This document shows positions 26,613 through 36,836 of a stretch of 64,000 bases of DNA, one piece after another. Position 1 is the stretch's first letter. Each line of letters begins with the position of its first letter. Source of the stretch: Verrucomicrobiia bacterium (lineage in GTDB: Bacteria > Verrucomicrobiota > Verrucomicrobiia > Limisphaerales > UBA8199). Both the position numbers and the translations under genes were made by a program. The stretch spans positions 25,812 to 89,811 of the forward strand of contig DASYXT010000141.1 of NCBI GenBank assembly GCA_035934555.1, read 5' to 3'. The notes under the pieces are model-generated. The model was not told where the DNA came from. It worked only from the letters and a program-made list of their open reading frames with translations, and made no database searches.

Positions 26613-28096
26613 AGCACAGTGACCTCGCCGCGCGCCTGCAGAACCAGGCGCGTCTTCAACTCGTGCAGGCTCAACTCCAGCCCGGCCGGGTATTGGTGCG
26701 GGTTGACCAACCGCCTGATGCCGGGATGAAGCAGGGAGAGCTGTCCGCGGACCCGGTCTCGAATTTGTTCGATCGAGGGCGGTTGATAGACCAGTCGCCC
26801 GGCGCGGAAGATGGGCACAAGCAGGTCGTCGGCTGGAGCATTAGGCGCGAAATGCTTGCGGCGAGTGGGGTCGAGCGGATGCACGATGCTGAAAGTGGTT
26901 GGAGCGGGCAAGAGCAGGTCGTAGATCGCGTCACCGAGAAATTCTGTTTGGGAATGGAACCGGCGCACCTGCAGGATGCCGGGATTGGTGATTTTGGCTG
27001 CTTGTTCGGAAAGTTTGAGTTTGTGTTCCCATGCGCCCCCAGGATTGCGAATTGCGGAAAGCTTGTAAACGCCGCCCAGGGCGGGTTGATCGTAAGCGGT
27101 GATGAGGTGGGTGCCGATGCCCCAGACGGTGATGGCGGCGCCTTGTTGTTGTTTAAGGCTGGCTATCAGGTGTTCGTCCAGATCGTTACTGCCGATAATT
27201 GGGGTTTCGGTGAATCCGGCGGCATCGAGCAATTTCCGGGCTTCGATGCTCAGGTAAGCGAGATCGCCGGAATCGAGGCGAATGCCGGCCAAGGGGTGGC
27301 CATGTTCGCGCAGGCGCCGGCCGATTTCAATCGCGTGGCGAACGCCTGCCAGCGAGTCGTAGGTATCTACCAGGAACACGCAGTTGTTGGGCAGCGCCTT
27401 GGCGTAGGCGGCGAAGGCTGTTAGTTCGTCTCCGAAAGCCAGCACCCAGCTATGCGCGTGCGTGCCCGAGAGAGGAATGCCAAAAACCCGGCCGGCCAGA
27501 ACATTGGAGGTGGCGGCGCACCCACCGATATGCGCGGCGCGGCTGGCGGTGAGACCACCATCGACGCCCTGGGCCCGGCGCAACCCAAACTCGATGACCG
27601 GCTCGCCTTGCGCCGCCTGGCAGACCCGCGCCGCCTTCGTCGCGATCAGCGATTCAAAATTCAGGAAATTCAGCAACGCCGTTTCCACCAGTTGCGCCTC
27701 GATCAACGGCCCTTGAACACGTAGTAACGGCTCCTGGGCAAACACCACAGTGCCCTCAGGCACGGCATCGACATCGCAGGTAAAGCGCAACCGGGCAAGG
27801 AACTCGAGGAAAGCGGGGTCAAGCAGCGGCTGGCGATCGCGTCCCGGAATGCTGGTGAGGTACTCGAGGTCATCCGGGGTGAAGTGGAAATCGCGGAGGA
27901 AATCTATCGCGGCGGCCAAACCGCAGGCCAGCGTATAACCGCTGCCGAAGGGCGGCTCGCGAAACGCGATATGGAACGCGGCGTGGGTATCGGCTAAGCC
28001 CGATTTCCAGTAGCCGCAAGCCATCGTCAACTCGTAAAAATCGGTAAACAGGGCCGAACGGGCCGGCGTACCCACTGATGGCGTGGGAGAATTCAT
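26609..28096 (-). CDS. pncB: nicotinate phosphoribosyltransferase
   Basis: [22 protein letters not shown] and GTHAHSW are NAPRTase family signatures. It overlaps the ispD start by 4 nt. Confidence 0.9.
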   Translation of the reverse strand: MNSPTPSVGTPARSALFTDFYELTMACGYWKSGLADTHAAFHIAFREPPFGSGYTLACGLAAAIDFLRDFHFTPDDLEYLTSIPGRDRQPLLDPAFLEFLARLRFTCDVDAVPEGTVVFAQEPLLRVQGPLIEAQLVETALLNFLNFESLIATKAARVCQAAQGEPVIEFGLRRAQGVDGGLTASRAAHIGGCAATSNVLAGRVFGIPLSGTHAHSWVLAFGDELTAFAAYAKALPNNCVFLVDTYDSLAGVRHAIEIGRRLREHGHPLAGIRLDSGDLAYLSIEARKLLDAAGFTETPIIGSNDLDEHLIASLKQQQGAAITVWGIGTHLITAYDQPALGGVYKLSAIRNPGGAWEHKLKLSEQAAKITNPGILQVRRFHSQTEFLGDAIYDLLLPAPTTFSIVHPLDPTRRKHFAPNAPADDLLVPIFRAGRLVYQPPSIEQIRDRVRGQLSLLHPGIRRLVNPHQYPAGLELSLHELKTRLVLQARGEVTVL

Positions 28097-28131
28097 GCTA
28101 TTAAACCAGGGCAGTCTTAGGTCTGGTTACG

Positions 28132-28243
28132 CTAATTGAGAATTGAGGATTGAGTAATGGTTATTGGTTATTGACGAACCCGTGGCCAGGCCTTGGGATT
28201 CAATAATCAATAACCATTAATCGATATTCAATTTTCAATTAAC
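28132..28243. repeat. ~110-bp AT-rich imperfect palindrome (dispersed element family)
   Basis: The inner arms, 28155..28174 (taatggttattggttattga) and 28200..28219 (tcaataatcaataaccatta), have 1 mismatch. The outer arms ctaattgagaattgaggattgag and tcgatattcaattttcaattaac are also complementary. The element is related to 49191..49271. Confidence 0.85.
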
Positions 28244-28248
28244 AGTAA

Positions 28249-30408
28249 TTAGTAAGGCAGAGGGAATCTTGCGGTCAATTCCCGCACGCGTTGGCGAACC
28301 TTGGAAATCGTGTCGGCATTTTTAATGTCCATGAGCACTTCGCTGACCATATCGGCGATGGCGGCCATTTCGGGCTCGCGCATGCCGCGGGTGGTGACGG
28401 CCGGGGTGCCCAAGCGTATGCCGCTGGCCTGGAACGGCGAGCGGGTTTCGAAGGGGATGGTGTTCTTGTTGATGGTGATGCCCGCCTGATCGAGCGCGGC
28501 CTGGCATTCTTTGCCTGTCAATCCGCGCGCACCGACATCCACCAGCATTAAATGGTTATCGGTGCCGCCGCTGATGAGGCGAAAACCGTTGCGTCGCATG
28601 CCTTCGGCCAGGGCGCGCGCGTTACGCACGATGTCTTCCTGGTACTGATGGAATGAGGGCAGCAGGGCTTCCTGGAAGCAAACGGCTTTGGCCGCAATGA
28701 CGTGCATCAGCGGCCCGCCCTGGATGCCGGGAAAGGTCTGCGAATCGATGTCTTTGGCATATTTTTCCCGGCAGAGGATCAAACCGCCGCGGGGGCCACG
28801 CAGCGTTTTGTGGGTGGTGGTCGTGACGAAATCGGCGTGGGGGACAGGACTGGGGTGCAGACCCGCGACGACCAGTCCGGCAATGTGAGCGATGTCGGCC
28901 AGCAGGTAGGCCTCGACGTCCCGCGCGATACGGCCCATGCGCTCGAAATCGATGAGGCGCGGGTAAGCGCTGGCGCCGACGGTGATCATCCGCGGCCGAT
29001 GTTGTTTCGCCAGGTGCGCGAGCTGATCGTAATCGATGCGCTCGTCGTCCTTGCGCACACCGTAATGAACGATCTCGAAAAACTTCCCGGAAAAATTGGC
29101 TTTGTTGCCGTGGGTAAGATGGCCGCCGTGGGTCAGGTCCATGGTCAGCATCTTATCGCCCGGTTTAAGGAAGGAGAAATAGACGGCCATGTTGGCGCCG
29201 CTGCCGGAATGGGGCTGGACGTTGGCATGGTCGGCATCGAAGAGCTTCTTGGCACGGTCAATGGCGAGTTGCTCGACCACATCGACGTACTCACAGCCGC
29301 CATACCAGCGGCGGTGGGGATAGCCTTCGGCGTATTTGTTGGTCAGCACCGAGCCCTGCGCCTCCATCACCGCGGGACTGGTGAAGTTTTCGCTCGCGAT
29401 AAGCTCGATATTCTCCTGCTGGCGCTGGCGTTCGTGTTCGATGACGTCGGCGATCTCGGGATCCACCGCCTGCAGCCGGAAGTCCAAGGGCATGATTCGG
29501 GTTTCCATTTTGCTGATGCGGCGCTCGTAGCGGCCGCCTTCGAATTTGGTGTCCAGGAAAGCATCCAAGATTTTTGCCGCCTGCTCGGCGGGGGTAGCGC
29601 CGGCCAGGCAAAGCACATTGGCGTTGTTATGACGGCGGGCCAGGGCGGCGGAGGTTTCGTCGTGGGCGAGGGCGGCGCGCACCCCGGAGACCTTGTTGGC
29701 GGCGATGCTCATGCCGATGCCGGTGGCGCAAATCAATACCCCGAATTCGGCTCGGCGCTGAGCCACGCTGCGCCCCACTGCCTGGGCGAAGTCGGTAAAA
29801 TCGCTCGCGGCCGAAGAGTTGGCGCCGAGATCGGCGAGGCTCAAACCACGTCTTTCGAGGTGCTCTTTCAAGCTCTCTTTGAGCTGGAAGCCGGCATCGT
29901 CGGCGCCGAGGGCCACCGCAACGGGGCGCGCACCGGGCTCGTGCGGCGGCTGGCCTTGTTCGAGGAACCGGACAAGCGAGGCGATCCCCTGCTCGATTTG
30001 GTCCCGGCAATTCAAATACACTTCATAGGAACCGCCGATGGGATCGCTGATGTCCTTCTCGAACAGGTCCAGTGTCTCATCAAACTCGCGCAGCAGGAAC
30101 GTCTTTTCAGCCGCCCCCGGGAAAAGCATCATCACGGTGTCGATATGGCTGTGTGTCATGCCGAAGACGTAATCGGCCTGATTGACCAGTTCAGGAGTCA
30201 GCATGCGGCTGCGCTGGCCGCTGATGTCAATCCCCAGCTCCTGGACGGCCTCGACGGCGTGCCGGCTCGGCGGCTGGCCATCAATCGCACCCAAGCCCGC
30301 CGAGATGACCCGATACTCACCCCGCCCTTGCACCGCGTGGCGGAAAATACCTTCCGCCATCGGGCTGCGGCACACGTTGCCGGTACAAATAAAGAGAACC
30401 GTCTTCAT
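28249..30408 (-). CDS. tri-domain fusion: low-molecular-weight protein phosphatase + ribose-5-phosphate isomerase B + serine hydroxymethyltransferase
   Basis: A single uninterrupted 719-aa ORF. Residues 1-150 are LMW-PTP ([21 protein letters not shown]). Residues ~163-305 are RpiB/LacAB ([25 protein letters not shown]). Residues ~315-719 are GlyA ([45 protein letters not shown]). Confidence 0.9.
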   Translation of the reverse strand: MKTVLFICTGNVCRSPMAEGIFRHAVQGRGEYRVISAGLGAIDGQPPSRHAVEAVQELGIDISGQRSRMLTPELVNQADYVFGMTHSHIDTVMMLFPGAAEKTFLLREFDETLDLFEKDISDPIGGSYEVYLNCRDQIEQGIASLVRFLEQGQPPHEPGARPVAVALGADDAGFQLKESLKEHLERRGLSLADLGANSSAASDFTDFAQAVGRSVAQRRAEFGVLICATGIGMSIAANKVSGVRAALAHDETSAALARRHNNANVLCLAGATPAEQAAKILDAFLDTKFEGGRYERRISKMETRIMPLDFRLQAVDPEIADVIEHERQRQQENIELIASENFTSPAVMEAQGSVLTNKYAEGYPHRRWYGGCEYVDVVEQLAIDRAKKLFDADHANVQPHSGSGANMAVYFSFLKPGDKMLTMDLTHGGHLTHGNKANFSGKFFEIVHYGVRKDDERIDYDQLAHLAKQHRPRMITVGASAYPRLIDFERMGRIARDVEAYLLADIAHIAGLVVAGLHPSPVPHADFVTTTTHKTLRGPRGGLILCREKYAKDIDSQTFPGIQGGPLMHVIAAKAVCFQEALLPSFHQYQEDIVRNARALAEGMRRNGFRLISGGTDNHLMLVDVGARGLTGKECQAALDQAGITINKNTIPFETRSPFQASGIRLGTPAVTTRGMREPEMAAIADMVSEVLMDIKNADTISKVRQRVRELTARFPLPY

Positions 30409-30465
30409 CTACGCTAATAAACCTCTTGAACTTGGGTCGGGCACAAATAATCGTCAACGCGGAAA

Positions 30466-31527
30466 TCAGGAGCGGGATTGGCGTACCACGGCCAGGCCCT
30501 TGAGCACATCCAACGCCCGGGCCAGGACGGGGTCCCGCACGACGGGTTTCTGTGAATCATCGGGCCCGCTGGTCGTCAGTTGCACATCCGGGTTGACGCC
30601 TTCTCGCCGTTCACGCACCAGTTCGGCTTCATTGAAGCGGACCCGGCGGAGATGGTTGGTGGCACTGAGCTGGTTTGTGCTGACCGAATCAGCGGCGGCC
30701 AGAGCATTGGTGCGGGACAGTTCCTTGAAAGCATCGGCGAAATAAGCGCGCTCATCGGCGGGGCTTACCTCAACGTTGATATCGGGCGCGACGCCCTGCT
30801 CAGATAGCGCCGAACCGTCCCCGAGCAAGACGGGCGCGGTGGCAATCCGCAGCCGGCCGCCATTACTGAGGCGATATTCCTCGCCGGTCATGGCCTGGCC
30901 TGCTGTGCGACTGCCCAGCAACAAACCTACGCCGGTCTGCCGCAGCACCGCGGCCAAGGCTTCGGCCGCCCCGGTGGTCCGCTCATTGACCAGCACGGTG
31001 ATCGGCACCGAGATCGGGTTTGGGTCGGGCTTGGATTGCACCAACCCGGTGCCCCAATTCAGCAGCGGGCGCTGTTTGGTCAGAAACAGGTCAGCGGTAT
31101 CCGCCGCCGCGGAATAGTCGTGCCCCTCGGCATAGCGCAGGTCCAGCACCAGGCCAAGCGCCTGGTTGGAGGGAGCCAGGTGGCGGTAAGCCTCGTCGAG
31201 CGCCTTTGCCAGAGCCGCGTTGACCCGTTTGACCCGAATAAAGACGACCGGGCCATCGAAGAGTCTGGAGTCGCTCGCCAACGGCGACTGCGTCGCGGCT
31301 TGCGGCTCGATCAGGTCCACTTTGGGCCCTAGCGCGCTCAACAGCGCCTCAACGGCCGAACGATTCAGTTCGGCTTCGTTGAGGCCGGGCAAATGCGCGC
31401 GCACCAGGTCATAGACTTCTTTAAAATCAGGCGCGGCGCCGCCGGCCAACGGCTCAGCCGCCGTGCCATACACCCGGCCAAGGCCTAATAACACGACAGT
31501 TGCGAGCAAGGAAACCCTTAGTCTCAT
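30466..31527 (-). CDS. S41-peptidase-like secreted protein, catalytic dyad not conserved
   Basis: It has a signal peptide and the S41 fold pattern (GLVLDLRYAEGHD, ITVLVNERTTGAAEALA, LLLGSRTAGQA). The positions of the nucleophile Ser (GSASASE) and the Lys (FGKG) read TTGAAE and AGQA. Confidence 0.7.
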   Translation of the reverse strand: MRLRVSLLATVVLLGLGRVYGTAAEPLAGGAAPDFKEVYDLVRAHLPGLNEAELNRSAVEALLSALGPKVDLIEPQAATQSPLASDSRLFDGPVVFIRVKRVNAALAKALDEAYRHLAPSNQALGLVLDLRYAEGHDYSAAADTADLFLTKQRPLLNWGTGLVQSKPDPNPISVPITVLVNERTTGAAEALAAVLRQTGVGLLLGSRTAGQAMTGEEYRLSNGGRLRIATAPVLLGDGSALSEQGVAPDINVEVSPADERAYFADAFKELSRTNALAAADSVSTNQLSATNHLRRVRFNEAELVRERREGVNPDVQLTTSGPDDSQKPVVRDPVLARALDVLKGLAVVRQSRS

Positions 31528-31692
31528 GTCCGCCTAAAGTGCGCGATGCGCTGTGGAAAGTAAAGCGGGGGAAGACGAGAAGACCGAGGGCCGCAGCCAG
31601 GCGTAGTGCGGGGCCATCCTGGATAGGAGTGCGCACGGCATTTTGCCGCACGCACTCAAATGCTGTCGTGGCCTGGGATGGGGATTTTGCGG

Positions 31693-32316
31693 CTACTGAT
31701 TGCCGGAGGGCTGCGGAGCGTTAGTGGCAGGACCAGGCTGCATACCGGGCTGGCCACCGTATGCAGCGGCGCCTGGGGGTGTTTGCTGCGCACCGGAGGT
31801 TGCCTGGGCGCTGGACAAATCAGCCGCCCCCATGCCGGGGAAGAGCAAGTTGTAGGGCGGCACGCTGCCGGTGTAACCCTGGGCGGAAACGTGACCGTTC
31901 GGGTCCAGGAAGATCAGGTAGGACGTGTACCGGTCTCCGCCGATGGCACGGTTCTCCTCGGCCAAATTGCGATACCGCTCGAACCACGCCGCGGCCGAAC
32001 TCGATCTGGACGAGCGCCATTCAGCATTGGCCCGGGCCTGTTGCGCCTCGAAGGCCTGCGCCCGTTGCGCGTCGTATCCATACTGGTTGCGCAGTTGGTC
32101 CGGCAGCACACTGAAGTTGAGTTTGGCGACGCCCAACCCGCCGGCGGGCGTCGGCTGGTACCGAACGATCAGCCCATCGGGCTGCACCCGCTCAACTACT
32201 ACATTATGGTACGTCCGGCCGTTGGAGGTCGTGATTTGCACCGGCCCGCCATTATCGTTCTGAGCCATGACGGAACATCCTAACGTCAAGGCGGCTGAAA
32301 TGAGCAAAGTTCGCAT
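31693..32316 (-). CDS. hypothetical lipoprotein with Q/P/G/A-rich C-terminal tail
   Basis: MRTLLISAALTLGCSV is a lipobox signal. No recognised domain. Confidence 0.6.
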   Translation of the reverse strand: MRTLLISAALTLGCSVMAQNDNGGPVQITTSNGRTYHNVVVERVQPDGLIVRYQPTPAGGLGVAKLNFSVLPDQLRNQYGYDAQRAQAFEAQQARANAEWRSSRSSSAAAWFERYRNLAEENRAIGGDRYTSYLIFLDPNGHVSAQGYTGSVPPYNLLFPGMGAADLSSAQATSGAQQTPPGAAAYGGQPGMQPGPATNAPQPSGNQ

Positions 32317-32413
32317 GATACAATTCCTGTTTTGTCCCCCGTTCTGGTTAGCCTTAGCTTAATGACAAGAAACGCGCCTGGCCATGGGGTGAAGCCCGAC
32401 TCCCGGCCACTAC

Positions 32414-33049
32414 TCAATCACCTGCGGCCTTGAGCGGGGACACATGGCCATCCATGAACACGACGTTCTTGCCCGGCCTGGGCGGGCGCGGATGGAACTC
32501 TTCGTAATCGAGCAGCAGCGGGGTGGTTTCCGGGGGGAACTGCTGCACCCAGTTGGTGCTGAAAGCTGGCCCGCCGTTGGTTTGGGTAACGATGAAAAAG
32601 CCTGTGGAGCGGGTTTCGTCGAGCCGATGCCCATTCAAATCCGCGTTCCATTCGTAACTGGAACCTTCGTCGGCGAAAAGGCCGAACGTATCCCGCGGAC
32701 ACTTGAAAACGCTGAGGGCGTTGGTATTCGTGCCCGGGGTACGGCCTACATACAGCGCGAGCACATCGCAGATGCGTGCCAAGGGATGTTGCGGATCAAT
32801 TGGCTGCGTGGGGAGAATCTCAGCGCTTGGAAGCCGGTTATTATTGTCCTCGCAGTACAACCGGGTCGCGATGCCCAATTGCCGCAGGTTGTTCACGCAT
32901 TGCGTGTTCCACGCTTTCAATTTCGCCCGGGATAACACGGGCAGCAGCAGGCTCGCCAGCACGGCAATAATGGCGATGACGACGAGCAACTCAATCAGGG
33001 TGAAAGCAACGCCGCGCCGACGGCGTGCGCAGAGATAATACTTAGGCAT
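32414..33049 (-). CDS. prepilin-type N-terminal cleavage/methylation domain protein (DUF1559-like pseudopilin)
   Basis: The ATG at 33049 gives [25 protein letters not shown], the class III signal. The C-terminal NVVFMDGHV is the H-x9-DG-type ending common in PVC genomes. Confidence 0.85.
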   Translation of the reverse strand: MPKYYLCARRRRGVAFTLIELLVVIAIIAVLASLLLPVLSRAKLKAWNTQCVNNLRQLGIATRLYCEDNNNRLPSAEILPTQPIDPQHPLARICDVLALYVGRTPGTNTNALSVFKCPRDTFGLFADEGSSYEWNADLNGHRLDETRSTGFFIVTQTNGGPAFSTNWVQQFPPETTPLLLDYEEFHPRPPRPGKNVVFMDGHVSPLKAAGD

Positions 33050-33072
33050 AAACGGGCTTTTGAATGCGGAGT

Positions 33073-33939
33073 TTAGCGAGGCATGGGCATCGCGTCGGAA
33101 TGCGCCAGGCGCTGGCGAGCACGCTCGACCCGTTGCGCCGGCGTGAGATTGGCGAAACGCTCGTTCGGGTCGGGCGGGCGCGGAACGTGGCCGGGACCGG
33201 TTGGGCCTGGCGGCGGAGGCGCAAAGCCAATACCCATGTTCGATTTGGTGAACGCAACGCAAGAGGTCCATTTAGCGTTGAGCGAGCGGGCGAGCGTCGC
33301 CGCTGCGTCAGCCGTCGGCGCCAGGTTGGGTTCGTCCACTTTGTCCTTGGGCAGGCCGGCGTCAATTACCAGTTGGGTCGGCGACCAGACTTCGAAATGT
33401 CCGCCGGGGCCGCCGAAAAAAACGACCGGGCCACCCTTGGTTCTGCGCGCCATCATGATATGTGGCTGTTCGCCACCCGGGCCGGGTTCGGCGGTGTTTG
33501 GCGGTGGCCGCAAGACGGGACCGGTTTCGCCGGAGCCGGCATCCAATGGGGGTGGTTTGGGCGCCAGTTTTTTCCAACCGGCGGACGCCAGCTTGCCATC
33601 GCCGCCCAGGGCCGAATCTAACTTCTGGAGCGCGCGAGCCGAGCCGAAGACGGCAAAGACAGTGGACCAGCGAGCACCGGCTTGTTCCGCGACGCGGTCC
33701 AGCACATACGCCAGTTGCCTGTCTTGAACGTGCAGGGTGATGCGGGCGTCGAGAGCCTTCTCGGCGTGGATGGGGGTCCCGACCTGGCGCTGGATTTTTG
33801 CCAGCACCTGGGCCAGCGGCATCTCACGGACATCGAGGGTCACGAGTTGCTGATGTCTGCGCCACAGCGTGCGGCCACCCCAGGCGGCGCCCGCCAGCAG
33901 CAGCGCGGCCAGTGCCAAGACTACATATTTCATTTTCAT
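33073..33939 (-). CDS. hypothetical exported/anchored protein, Pro/Gly-rich
   Basis: [21 protein letters not shown] is an N-terminal hydrophobic segment. A short module ([20 protein letters not shown]...[22 protein letters not shown]) is reminiscent of secretin-N/STN-type repeats. Confidence 0.5.
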   Translation of the reverse strand: MKMKYVVLALAALLLAGAAWGGRTLWRRHQQLVTLDVREMPLAQVLAKIQRQVGTPIHAEKALDARITLHVQDRQLAYVLDRVAEQAGARWSTVFAVFGSARALQKLDSALGGDGKLASAGWKKLAPKPPPLDAGSGETGPVLRPPPNTAEPGPGGEQPHIMMARRTKGGPVVFFGGPGGHFEVWSPTQLVIDAGLPKDKVDEPNLAPTADAAATLARSLNAKWTSCVAFTKSNMGIGFAPPPPGPTGPGHVPRPPDPNERFANLTPAQRVERARQRLAHSDAMPMPR

Positions 33940-34124
33940 TGCGAGTGCTTCGTCATGGTTGAATGACGCCTCCACAATTAGGGGTCGTGGTTGTTTCTGC
34001 TATGGGAATGTGACCAGCGGCTCCTGAATCTGTGACGAACGACTGAAAAGACGGGATGGTCAGAAGGTCGGTCACCTCAGGAAATATGCTTGGTTCCTTC
34101 TGTTCAGGGTCCGGTTCATTTCGT

Positions 34125-34886
34125 TCAGACGTGCGTTAGGCGCGACTGCAGGTCACCAAGGCTGCAGGTCATCTCCAGCCGTGTGCCATTCTTCAGCAAC
34201 ACCGAGTATTGCCCGGAGGCGACGGGCTGAACCTCGCGGACGCGCGCGAGGTTTACGATGACCGACCGGCTGAGGCGCATGAACCCGGCGGGAGCGAGGC
34301 GGGCCTCCATGGCGGCAGTTGTTTCGCGCAAGATGTGGCGCTCCTTGCCGGCGTGCAGGATGACGTAATTACCAGCGGCTTCGATGTGGTCGATTTCGTC
34401 GGGCCGGAGGAACAGGATGCGCTCGGGCGAACGCACCAGAATGCGGCCGCCGCCCGGGGTGGCGGCGTGGAGGTGATCCAGAAGCGCGGTGAGTTTTGGG
34501 TCCGGTTGTGAGCGCGACGCCTGGCGCACTTGCTGGCGCGCGCGTTCGAGCGCCATTTTGAACCGCGCTTCGGTGAACGGCTTCAGCAGATAATCCAGCG
34601 CGTTAACTTCAAAGGCGCGCAGCGCATGCTCGTCGTGGGCGGTCGTAAAAATCACCACCGGGATTTGCTCAGGTCCCAGCGCCTCAAGCACCTCGAACCC
34701 ATTGAGCCGCGGCATCTGGATATCGAGGAAAAGCAGGTCGGGCCGGCGCTCCTGGGTCGCTTTCAAGGTTTGTGGCCCGTTGGCGCATTCCGCAATGACC
34801 TCAATGTCAGCCTCGTCGACCAAAAGCGCACGAACCCGTTCGCGCGCCAGCGGTTCGTCATCCGAGATTATCGCGCGCAGCTTCAT
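34125..34886 (-). CDS. LytR/AlgR-family response regulator (REC + LytTR)
   Basis: MKLRAIISDDEPLARE...LLFLDIQMP forms the REC domain. The C-terminal LytTR pattern is ILVRSPERILFLRPDEIDHIEAAGNYVILH...SRSVIVNL. Its start overlaps the kinase stop (ATGA). Confidence 0.9.
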   Translation of the reverse strand: MKLRAIISDDEPLARERVRALLVDEADIEVIAECANGPQTLKATQERRPDLLFLDIQMPRLNGFEVLEALGPEQIPVVIFTTAHDEHALRAFEVNALDYLLKPFTEARFKMALERARQQVRQASRSQPDPKLTALLDHLHAATPGGGRILVRSPERILFLRPDEIDHIEAAGNYVILHAGKERHILRETTAAMEARLAPAGFMRLSRSVIVNLARVREVQPVASGQYSVLLKNGTRLEMTCSLGDLQSRLTHV

Positions 34887-36409
34887 GAGCCGGCCGCCGG
34901 GACGGCAGTTTCGACGCGCCACGGAAGTTCAACGCGGACCCGTGCGCCGCCTTCGGGCCGGCCTTGGAGCTCCAGCGTTTGCTCTGTTCCGTACAGTCCC
35001 TGGAGGCGTGCGCGCAAGTTGGCCAAACCAATGCCGGTCCGGCCATGGCCGTAGAGCGATGCCGACGCTGCATCTGTAGAAGCGCAGATTGGGCCCGGCT
35101 CTGTCCCGTTTAGGCCTGTGGGTTTGGGCGTCACCACTTGATGGGCGCCATGGAGGCCAATTCCGTCGTCTTCAACCGTGAGCAGCAGATGGCCGTCTTT
35201 TTGGCGCGCGCTCAACCGAATCCACCCTGCATGCTCGGAGGGCTCGAGGCCATGGCGCACCGCGTTCTCGACCAGCGGCTGAAGCAACAGCGTGGGGACA
35301 GAGCAGTCCAGCGCGGCCGGTTCAATTTGCTGCTCGAAATGCAAGCGGTCCCCAAAACGGGTTTGCTGAATTTCCAAGTACCTTTGCAGGAAATGCAGTT
35401 CGTCCCGGAGAGGCACCTCCTGCTTTTCGTGCTGGCTCAGCGTCAACCGCAGCAACTCGCTCAACGACATTAGCGTGCTCTCAGCCAGGCGCGGATCGCG
35501 CCGGAGCAGCGCGGCCACCGCGTTCAAACTATTGAACAGGAAATGTGGTTGCAACTGCGCCCGGAGCGCATTGAGACGGGCGTGGGTGAGGTTGGATTCC
35601 AGAATGACGGCACGGTGCTCGCGCTCGCGCAAACGGCGATAGAAATGCACCGAATGCGCAAAACCGAGAACTGCGCCGAAGGCGACGAGATCCATCAGCG
35701 TCGCCCAAAGGCTTAAGCCGTGAAATCCCAATGGCGCGGACCTGAGATAATGGGGCGGCCGAGGCAGGACTTCAGGGAAATCGATCTTCGGCAGCGTGCC
35801 TGAGCCCTCGGGGAGGCGTTCTGTCATCGAGTGCTTGCCCTTAAATGCAGCCAGATCATCCTGTAGCGATTCAGTTAAGGGCATCCGACCGTCCGGGCTG
35901 AAGACCTGGACATGAACAATGTTTGTCGGTTGGCCGCCCGGTCCCCGCGCGCTCCCAAAGGTCACGTTGGCTACCGTCAGGTGGATGGACTCGGTAATGA
36001 GACGGCAGGCGACCAGAAACAGTACACAGGCGGCCAGGTGCAGCGGCAAACTCAGCCGCAGCCGACTCCGTTCCAAGGGGAAAAACCATGCAAGCAGCGC
36101 CACGTACGGACCCAGAAACACCCAGGGGTAAAGGTGTTGAAAACCGACATCGGCTCTGAGCCAGGCAAGCGCCTTTTCCCCGGCGGCGGGCTGGAGGGGA
36201 TTGGACTGATGAATGATGTACACCGAAGGGCCGAAGTTGCTGTGCCATAGCCACGTAAGCGCCAGACCCGCAAAAACCGTCCAACCGAGCACGCCAATCC
36301 ACAGGACCCGGCGACGCCGTTTTTGGCGTGCCGCTCCCACCGGACTCTGAGGAATCGCGCTGCTCAAGTTGGAAGGCTCTTTCATATCGCGGATAAGGGC
36401 CTGGTTCAA
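34883..36409 (-). CDS. LytS/YehU-type sensor histidine kinase
   Basis: It has several N-terminal TM helices, the His_kinase motif LRAQLQPHFLFNSLNAVAALL, and a C-terminal HATPase_c domain (LLLQPLVENAVRHG, GIGLANLRARL). Confidence 0.88.
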   Translation of the reverse strand: MNQALIRDMKEPSNLSSAIPQSPVGAARQKRRRRVLWIGVLGWTVFAGLALTWLWHSNFGPSVYIIHQSNPLQPAAGEKALAWLRADVGFQHLYPWVFLGPYVALLAWFFPLERSRLRLSLPLHLAACVLFLVACRLITESIHLTVANVTFGSARGPGGQPTNIVHVQVFSPDGRMPLTESLQDDLAAFKGKHSMTERLPEGSGTLPKIDFPEVLPRPPHYLRSAPLGFHGLSLWATLMDLVAFGAVLGFAHSVHFYRRLREREHRAVILESNLTHARLNALRAQLQPHFLFNSLNAVAALLRRDPRLAESTLMSLSELLRLTLSQHEKQEVPLRDELHFLQRYLEIQQTRFGDRLHFEQQIEPAALDCSVPTLLLQPLVENAVRHGLEPSEHAGWIRLSARQKDGHLLLTVEDDGIGLHGAHQVVTPKPTGLNGTEPGPICASTDAASASLYGHGRTGIGLANLRARLQGLYGTEQTLELQGRPEGGARVRVELPWRVETAVPAAGS

Positions 36410-36656
36410 TCCTCATCCGCACGAGCAACAAACAGTACTATGGCCCGGCTGCCAGAGCGTAGTGACCAGCAGCCTGAAAACCGGGGCGAACCCGGGCTGA
36501 ATGAGGACCAAAGTATCGTCGGCAACCCTGGCGGCGGGCATGCTCGTAGCGGGGGGCTTCCGGCCTGCTAAAGGAGCGGCATCCTTGACATCCTCCATCG
36601 GCGCCAGTACGCCGCGTGCACTCCGGCAACCATGACGTCCGCCTCCACGGCACCCT

Positions 36657-36672
36657 TGGCAACAAAATTGCT
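36657..36672 (+). promoter_or_regulatory. candidate sigma-54 promoter upstream of rho
   Basis: TGGCAAcaaaaTTGCT matches TGGCAC-n5-TTGCW with a single mismatch and canonical GG/GC spacing. It lies 165 nt upstream of the rho ATG. Confidence 0.4.
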
Positions 36673-36836
36673 AAAAAGGAGTTGCACAGCATGGCCGGAC
36701 CGGTTATGTAAAGGGCAGATCGAAGGTCTGTAGCTGCGGATGGTGGGTAAATGGCCGCAGCGGCTTCCCAAAATTCAAAGTTCCAACGGGTTCGGGGATT
36801 AATTCTGGAAAGCCTTCGATACACACACACAACAGT

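Noticed and set aside
28702-30417. 571-aa plus-strand ORF opposite the PTP-RpiB-GlyA fusion
   Set aside because: The opposite strand encodes three enzymes with intact catalytic motifs. This frame has none.
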